A stretch of DNA of 32,000 bases from Moraxella nasicaprae (GTDB taxonomy: Bacteria > Pseudomonadota > Gammaproteobacteria > Pseudomonadales > Moraxellaceae): assembly GCF_025643275.1 (NCBI RefSeq), contig NZ_CP089977.1, positions 180,001 to 212,000 on the forward strand, written 5' to 3'. Each line of letters begins with the position of its first letter. Within the stretch, counting starts at the first letter, position 1. The notes under the pieces were generated by a model. The model was not told the DNA's origin. It saw nothing but the letters and a program-made list of their open reading frames with translations, and made no database searches. The position numbers and the translations under genes are program-made. Shown one piece after another: positions 27,513-32,000 of the stretch.

Positions 27513-28922
27513 TCACTCAATCTCAAAAGCCTTACTAATGGCATTGTCCAATCGCTCTACGGCATAAATCTGTATGCCTTTAAATTGTTCGTTATCGTCC
27601 TTTGGAGCATTGGCAACAGGAATGATGGCGTGGGTAAAGCCATGTTTCATCGCCTCTTTTAGGCGTTCTTGACCGTTTGGTACAGGGCGTATTTCGCCAG
27701 ACAAACCCACTTCGCCAAACACACAAAGCCTTGATGGGAGCGGTTTTTCTTTGATACTAGACGCACACGCCAAAAGCACCGCTAAATCAGAGCCTGTCTC
27801 CATCACCTTGACCCCGCCCACGACATTGACATAGACATCTTGTCCGCTAGTGTGAATACCCCCGTGGCGGTGCATTACCGCAAGGAGCATTGATAGGCGT
27901 TGATAATCAAGCCCCAAAGCCATTCGCCTTGGCTGACCTTGCGAGTCGTCCACAAGGGCTTGCACCTCCACCAAAAGCGGACGAGTCCCCTCACGGCTAA
28001 CCATCACCACCGAGCCTGCAATCGGCTTATCATAACGGCTTAAAAAAATGGCGGACGGATTGGCAACTTCCTTTAAGCCTGTATCAGTCATTCCAAAAAT
28101 CCCAAGCTCATTGACCGCCCCAAAACGGTTTTTGACCGCCCGAATCATTCTAAAACGGCTATCTGACTCGCCCTCAAAATACAGCACCGTATCCACCATA
28201 TGTTCAAGCACCCTAGGACCTGCCAAAGCCCCTTCTTTGGTTACATGTCCGACCAAAAATAGAGCCGTGCCTGTTTGTTTGGCATAACGGGTCAAAATCG
28301 CCGCCGTTTCACGAATTTGAGCCACGCCCCCAGGAGCGGATTGTATCATTTCGGTAAACAAAGTTTGAATAGAGTCAATAACCGCCACCGCAGGTTGTTC
28401 AGCGGTGAGTGCCTGACAGATGGTTTCTACATTGGTTTCCGCCAAAACACGCAAACGGTCGGTCGGCAGTCCCAAACGCACCGCACGCATTGCCACTTGC
28501 GACAAGCTCTCTTCGCCTGTGATATAAAGGGCAGAACCTGAGAGTGACTGCCTGCCTGCCATAAAAATAGCGGTTTGGAGCAAAATGGTGGATTTGCCAA
28601 TGCCAGGGTCGCCACCAATCAAGACCACCGAACCTGCCACAAGCCCCCCGCCAAGCACACGGTCAAACTCGCCAATGCCTGTGGGCATACGGGTTTCTAG
28701 CGAAAAACCGACATTGTTTAGGGTCATTACGCCACTGGTCGCCCCTGCATAGTTACCTGTACGGGGGGTGGGCTTAGTGCTTTTGACTTTGCTGTGGTGG
28801 GGCAAGGCGACATTGACACTTTCTACCAAAGTGTTCCACTCGCCACAATCGGCACATTGCCCTGCCCATTTGCCATAATTGGCACCGCAAGATTGGCAGA
28901 CATAGGAGGATTTCTTGGACAT
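27513..28922 (-). CDS. radA: DNA repair protein RadA (Sms)
   Basis: It has the N-terminal zinc finger YVCQSCGANYGKWAGQCADCGEWNT, a RecA-like Walker A (GGDPGIGKST), the KNRFG motif and a Lon-like C-terminal domain. Confidence 0.97.
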   Translation of the reverse strand: MSKKSSYVCQSCGANYGKWAGQCADCGEWNTLVESVNVALPHHSKVKSTKPTPRTGNYAGATSGVMTLNNVGFSLETRMPTGIGEFDRVLGGGLVAGSVVLIGGDPGIGKSTILLQTAIFMAGRQSLSGSALYITGEESLSQVAMRAVRLGLPTDRLRVLAETNVETICQALTAEQPAVAVIDSIQTLFTEMIQSAPGGVAQIRETAAILTRYAKQTGTALFLVGHVTKEGALAGPRVLEHMVDTVLYFEGESDSRFRMIRAVKNRFGAVNELGIFGMTDTGLKEVANPSAIFLSRYDKPIAGSVVMVSREGTRPLLVEVQALVDDSQGQPRRMALGLDYQRLSMLLAVMHRHGGIHTSGQDVYVNVVGGVKVMETGSDLAVLLACASSIKEKPLPSRLCVFGEVGLSGEIRPVPNGQERLKEAMKHGFTHAIIPVANAPKDDNEQFKGIQIYAVERLDNAISKAFEIE

Positions 28923-29057
28923 AATAATTCATCGTTTGATTGATATTAACCACCAAATTGTAACACTTTTGGCAAAAAATAACGATGATAAATTCATCAT
29001 CGCAGTCATTAACTTGCCCAAAGAGAAAATTTTAACACCAGTTGTCGGCACACCACC

Positions 29058-29086
29058 AAAAAAATCAGGGCAAAAGCCCTGATTTT
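29058..29086 (-). terminator. Rho-independent terminator downstream of glnA
   Basis: ATCAGGGC-AAAA-GCCCTGAT forms a perfect 8-bp stem. On the minus strand it is followed by T7, 25 nt after the glnA stop. Confidence 0.75.
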
Positions 29087-29110
29087 GTGATGCTTATAAT
29101 GAACAGCTGA

Positions 29111-30520
29111 TTAGCAGCGATAGTACAAATCAAACTCCAATGGATGCACCGCCTCGTTCATTTTTTGTACTTCTTGCATTTTTAGCTCGATGTAAGCATC
29201 AATCATCTCTTTACTAAATACATCGCCTTTTAGCAAGAAAGCATGGTCTTCTTTTAGTGCGTTTAGTGCCACTTCCAGATTTTCAGCAACGGTTGGAATT
29301 AGTGCCTCTTCTTCTGGTGGCAGGTCGTACAGGTTCTTATCTGCCGCCTCGCCTGGATTGATTTTATTTTCAATACCATCAATGCCAGCCATTAACAAGG
29401 CTGCAAAACACAGATAAGGGTTTGCCGCAGGGTCAGGGAAACGCACTTCGATACGCACCGCCTTAGGGCTAGACACATGCGGAATGCGAATTGATGCCGA
29501 GCGGTTGGACGCAGAATACGCAAGTTTAATCGGTGCTTCAAAATGCGGTACCAAACGCTTGTAGCTGTTGGTTGTCGGATTGGTGATGGCGTTCAACGCT
29601 CTGGCATGCTTAATCACACCACCAATGAAATACAGTGCTGTGGTTGAAAGTCCTGCATACTCATCGCCAGAAAAAGTATTCACACCATCTTTTGAAATGG
29701 AAATATGCACATGCATACCAGAACCATTATCGCCCACCATTGGCTTAGGCATAAAGGTGGCTGTCTTACCAAATTGGTTGGCAACATTTTGCACCACATA
29801 TTTAAACTGTTGAACTTCGTCCGCTTTTTTAACCAAAGTATTAAACGATACGCCAATCTCCAACTGACCTGACGCCACCTCGTGATGATGCACTTCTACT
29901 CTGCCCTCGCCCATCACATCTTCGATGCGTTCACACATGACTGCACGCATGTCGTGATAATGGTCAATCGGTGCGGTTACCGCATAAGCACCCTTGACAT
30001 GCGGACGCTGAGCATTGTTGCCCCACGCATAATCCTTATCGGTCGACCAAGCAGCCGCTTCTGAAATAATGGTGCTTCTAGCACCTGATTGGTCAATCGA
30101 CCATTTTACTTCATCAAAGACAAAAAATTCAGGCTCTGGCCCAAAAAAAGCCGTGTCGCCAATGCCTGTTGATTTTAGATAGGTTTCGGCACGACGAGCG
30201 ATTGAACGAGGGTCTTTGCCATAGCCTTGCAAAGTTTCTGGCTCAATGATGTCGCACGCCACCACCACAGTTGGTGCTTCATAAAATGGGTCAAGATATG
30301 CCGTCTGTGGGTCTGGACGCAAAATCATGTCAGACGCCTCCACACCTTTCCAGCCAGCCACGCTTGAAGCGTCAAACATTTTGCCGTCTTCTAGCGTATC
30401 CTCATCAACACTACTCGCTGGAAAAGTTAGGTGCATTTCTTTGCCGTGCGTGTCCGTAAAACGAAAATCCACCCATTTTGCACCTGATGATTCAATCAAA
30501 TCAAACAACTTATTTGACAT
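29111..30520 (-). CDS. glnA: Glutamine synthetase, type I
   Basis: The protein is 469 aa. [15 protein letters not shown]...[10 protein letters not shown]...[17 protein letters not shown]...[13 protein letters not shown]... are GSI signatures, including the NLYDLP adenylylation-loop tyrosine context. Confidence 0.97.
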   Translation of the reverse strand: MSNKLFDLIESSGAKWVDFRFTDTHGKEMHLTFPASSVDEDTLEDGKMFDASSVAGWKGVEASDMILRPDPQTAYLDPFYEAPTVVVACDIIEPETLQGYGKDPRSIARRAETYLKSTGIGDTAFFGPEPEFFVFDEVKWSIDQSGARSTIISEAAAWSTDKDYAWGNNAQRPHVKGAYAVTAPIDHYHDMRAVMCERIEDVMGEGRVEVHHHEVASGQLEIGVSFNTLVKKADEVQQFKYVVQNVANQFGKTATFMPKPMVGDNGSGMHVHISISKDGVNTFSGDEYAGLSTTALYFIGGVIKHARALNAITNPTTNSYKRLVPHFEAPIKLAYSASNRSASIRIPHVSSPKAVRIEVRFPDPAANPYLCFAALLMAGIDGIENKINPGEAADKNLYDLPPEEEALIPTVAENLEVALNALKEDHAFLLKGDVFSKEMIDAYIELKMQEVQKMNEAVHPLEFDLYYRC

Positions 30521-30580
30521 ATCTATTCTCCATTAAAAGCCACAACCACCCCATAGGCGGTTAGATTATTCTTTGGCTTA

Positions 30581-30849
30581 TATCATACGCTAATTTTGTG
30601 CATTCGTAAAGTCTTATCATAATAAAAACTTATTAAATCATAGGAATTATTTATAAATAAAATTTTAGGCGTTATGTTCACAAGCCATCAATGGTACAAT
30701 GACATAAATATCATAATATATTGATTTTATTATAAAAATTCTTATTTTATCAATATCATATTAATAATATTATAAAATAAAATGTTAATAAAAATATCAA
30801 TAGGTTATTTTTATCATATAAAATTATTATATCATAAAAAAATATGATA
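30581..30849. repeat. Cluster of TATCATA heptamers in an extremely AT-rich block of the glnA-cas12a spacer
   Basis: TATCATA occurs at 30581, 30615, 30709, 30754, 30812 and 30830. AATCATA is at 30636 and the inverted copy TATGATA at 30843. The last forward and inverted copies form ATCATA-AAAAAA-TATGAT (30831-30848). Confidence 0.6.
30582..30610 (-). promoter_or_regulatory. Candidate sigma-70 promoter for glnA
   Basis: On the minus strand TTTACG (30610-30605), a 17-nt spacer and TATGAT (30587-30582) lie about 60 nt upstream of the glnA ATG. This is a pattern call only. I did not see a sigma-54 (GG-N10-GC) element. Confidence 0.3.
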
Positions 30850-31029
30850 AAAATCTGCCAATTTCTTAAAGCCTGATAGCAGCTTATTTGACATACACCC
30901 CCTTGTTAAACCATCAGAATAAATACGACTACTCATACTACCTATGGTTGCAAATACATCACGCCTCCAGATTTGTTATTTTGCGACGGCAAGGCCTTGC
31001 CATAAAGTCACTGGTAATCATACAGTAAA

Positions 31030-31058
31030 TTGGTAAAGTCTGTTTTTTTATTATATAA
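31030..31058 (+). promoter_or_regulatory. Candidate sigma-70 promoter for cas12a
   Basis: TTGGTA (31030-31035), a 17-nt T-rich spacer, then a consensus TATAAT (31053-31058), 44 nt upstream of the cas12a ATG. This is a pattern call only. Confidence 0.4.
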
Positions 31059-31101
31059 TTTGTATCTCATTTCTATGTTTTTATCAATCAAAGGATTGTC
31101 T

Positions 31102-32000
31102 ATGCTATTTGCAAACTTCACTAAGCAATACCCACTTTCCAAAACCTTGCGTTTTGAGTTAAAACCAATTGGCAAAACCTTAGGGCACATTCAAGCCAAA
31201 AACTTTTTGGAGAAAGATGCAACCCTTGCCGAAAATTATCAAAAAATCAAACCGATTCTTGATGATTATCATCGTGATTTTATAGAGCAGGCATTAAATG
31301 ATGTGGCGTTGTTGGCGTTGGCAGATTTTCAAAGCCACTATTTAGCACTCAAACAAAATAAAAATGATGATAAGCTGCGTAAAGCCTTAGAAAAATCACA
31401 AGAGCAATTACGCAAAGCCATTGTCAAACAATTTAAAAAAGATGAACAAACCAAAGCCTTATTTGAAAGTTTATTCGCCAAAGAATTGTTTGGTAATCAC
31501 AAAGAATACGGAAATTTGGTTAAATGGATTATCCAAAAAGAAGGTGAAAACTCGCCAAACATCGCCCTTGTGCAACAGTTTATTGGTTTTACGACTTATT
31601 TTACAGGTTTTTATGAAAACCGTAAAAATCTTTATAGTGATGAAGCCAAGCATACTGCCATCGTTTATCGCTTAATTCACGAGAATTTACCAAGATTTGT
31701 GGATAATATTCAGATTTTAAGTCAAATTAAAGATAAATATGATGATTTATATCAACAACTTAAGCAATTAGATAGTCAAATCACTACTTATTTCGATGAT
31801 TTTAAGATTGATGATTTGTTGGATATTGATTTTTATAGTCGGCTTTTAACCCAATCTAGTATTACCGCTTATAATGCCTTATTGGGTGGAAAGGTTTTGG
31901 ATAATGGTACAAAGTTGCAAGGTATCAATGAACTGATTAACCTATTCAACCAAAAGCATAAAACCAAAATCGCCAAATTAAAATCATTACATAAACAAAT
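31102..32000 (+). CDS. cas12a: Cas12a (Cpf1) type V-A CRISPR effector nuclease, N-terminal 299 codons (WED-I plus REC lobe). The gene continues beyond the right window edge.
   Basis: This ORF is not in the supplied track because it has no stop in the window. ATG 31102 follows AAGGA (31091-31095), and I translated 299 codons without a stop: MLFANFTKQYPLSKTLRFELKPIGKTLGHIQAKNFLEKDATLAENYQKIKPILDDYHRDFIEQALN...FIGFTTYFTGFYENRKNLYSDEAKHTAIVYRLIHENLPRFVDNIQIL...SSITAYNALLGGKVLDNGTKLQGINELINLFNQKHKTKIAKLKSLHKQ. These blocks (Y.LSKT.RFEL.P.G.T, DYHR.FI, F..FTTYF.GF..NRKN.YS.E...TAI.YR....NLP.F..N, I..YN..LGG...G.NE.IN...Q......L..L.KQ) are the conserved N-terminal blocks of Cas12a that I recall from the Fn, As, Lb and especially Moraxella bovoculi enzymes. 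Confidence 0.93.
   Translation, partial: MLFANFTKQYPLSKTLRFELKPIGKTLGHIQAKNFLEKDATLAENYQKIKPILDDYHRDFIEQALNDVALLALADFQSHYLALKQNKNDDKLRKALEKSQEQLRKAIVKQFKKDEQTKALFESLFAKELFGNHKEYGNLVKWIIQKEGENSPNIALVQQFIGFTTYFTGFYENRKNLYSDEAKHTAIVYRLIHENLPRFVDNIQILSQIKDKYDDLYQQLKQLDSQITTYFDDFKIDDLLDIDFYSRLLTQSSITAYNALLGGKVLDNGTKLQGINELINLFNQKHKTKIAKLKSLHKQ

Noticed and set aside
28983-29002. An inverted repeat, CGATGAT-N6-ATCATCG, 60-80 nt upstream of radA.
   Set aside because: Seven-bp arms with a free spacer are expected many times by chance in a window this size. It does not resemble a known operator that I can name.
30521-30700. A sigma-54 promoter (TGGCAC-N5-TTGC) and NtrC sites upstream of glnA.
   Set aside because: I found no GG-N10-GC element with the right flanks on the minus strand. 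Only a sigma-70-like candidate is present.
30988-31001. A perfect 14-nt palindrome, GGCAAGGCCTTGCC, about 30 nt upstream of the putative cas12a -35 element.
   Set aside because: One or two such 7+7 palindromes are expected by chance in 32 kb. It has no T-run to make it a terminator and no second copy. I note it only as a possible operator.
30537-31101. I searched the spacer upstream of cas12a, and the rest of the window by eye, for a CRISPR array or isolated Cas12a-type repeats (the TCTACT...GTAGAT handle on either strand).
   Set aside because: I found no such motif and no regularly spaced direct repeats of about 36 nt. In type V-A loci the array is normally downstream of cas2, outside this window.
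31075-31101. An in-frame upstream ATG at 31075 would add MFLSIKGLS to Cas12a.
   Set aside because: Homologous Cas12a proteins start at the MLF...YPLSKT position. In addition, the AAGGA Shine-Dalgarno (31091-31095) would lie inside the extension and is correctly spaced for ATG 31102.
31008-31675. Track ORFs 31008..31190 (-), 31421..31675 (+) and 31471..31653 (-).
   Set aside because: They overlap the cas12a frame or its promoter region. They are short and Lys/Phe/Ile-rich, as expected from AT-rich DNA read out of frame, and have no recognisable motifs.
1-32000. Mobile elements, integrases, tRNA or tmRNA genes, and long direct repeats that could delimit a genomic island carrying cas12a.
   Set aside because: I recognised no transposase, integrase or tRNA-like sequence in the window. 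The only boundary-like signals are the composition shift and the 13-mer repeat reported as findings.

Overview
This is a chromosomal window from a moderately low-GC gammaproteobacterium, most consistent with Moraxella or another member of the Moraxellaceae. That assignment is an inference from protein signatures: an Hfq with a roughly 130-aa Gly/Phe/Arg/Asp-rich C-terminal extension, and a Cas12a N-terminus resembling the Moraxella bovoculi enzyme as I remember it. Positions 1-30520 are densely packed housekeeping genes: scoA (partial), xthA, a YbgC-like thioesterase, fetAB-like ABC exporter genes, an SDR, sohB, nhaP2/cvrA, aspS, an LpxL-family acyltransferase plus a putative glycosyltransferase, a DegS/AlgW-like protease, a Nif3-family gene, mltF, a 916-aa MltD-like LysM lytic transglycosylase, kdsC-lptC-lptA-lptB, queD-tsaE-miaA-hfq, carboxynorspermidine dehydrogenase and decarboxylase, radA and glnA. 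The standout is at the extreme right edge. After a 581-bp, partly extremely AT-rich spacer following glnA, an ORF starts at 31102 and runs open to 32000. It is missing from the supplied track because it has no stop codon in the window. It encodes the first 299 residues of a Cas12a (Cpf1) type V-A CRISPR effector. The rest of that locus (RuvC/Nuc part, cas4-cas1-cas2, CRISPR array) would lie beyond the window, and no CRISPR repeats are present inside it. Cas12a is a known family, so this is a new ortholog and context, not a new class. Other points worth a second look are a near-perfect 444-bp in-frame tandem duplication in the MltD-like gene, the repeat-structured Hfq tail, a TATCATA heptamer cluster with a possible glnA 5-prime relic in the glnA-cas12a spacer, and an orphan secreted protein. 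I saw no rRNA, tRNA, transposase, integrase or CRISPR array in the window.
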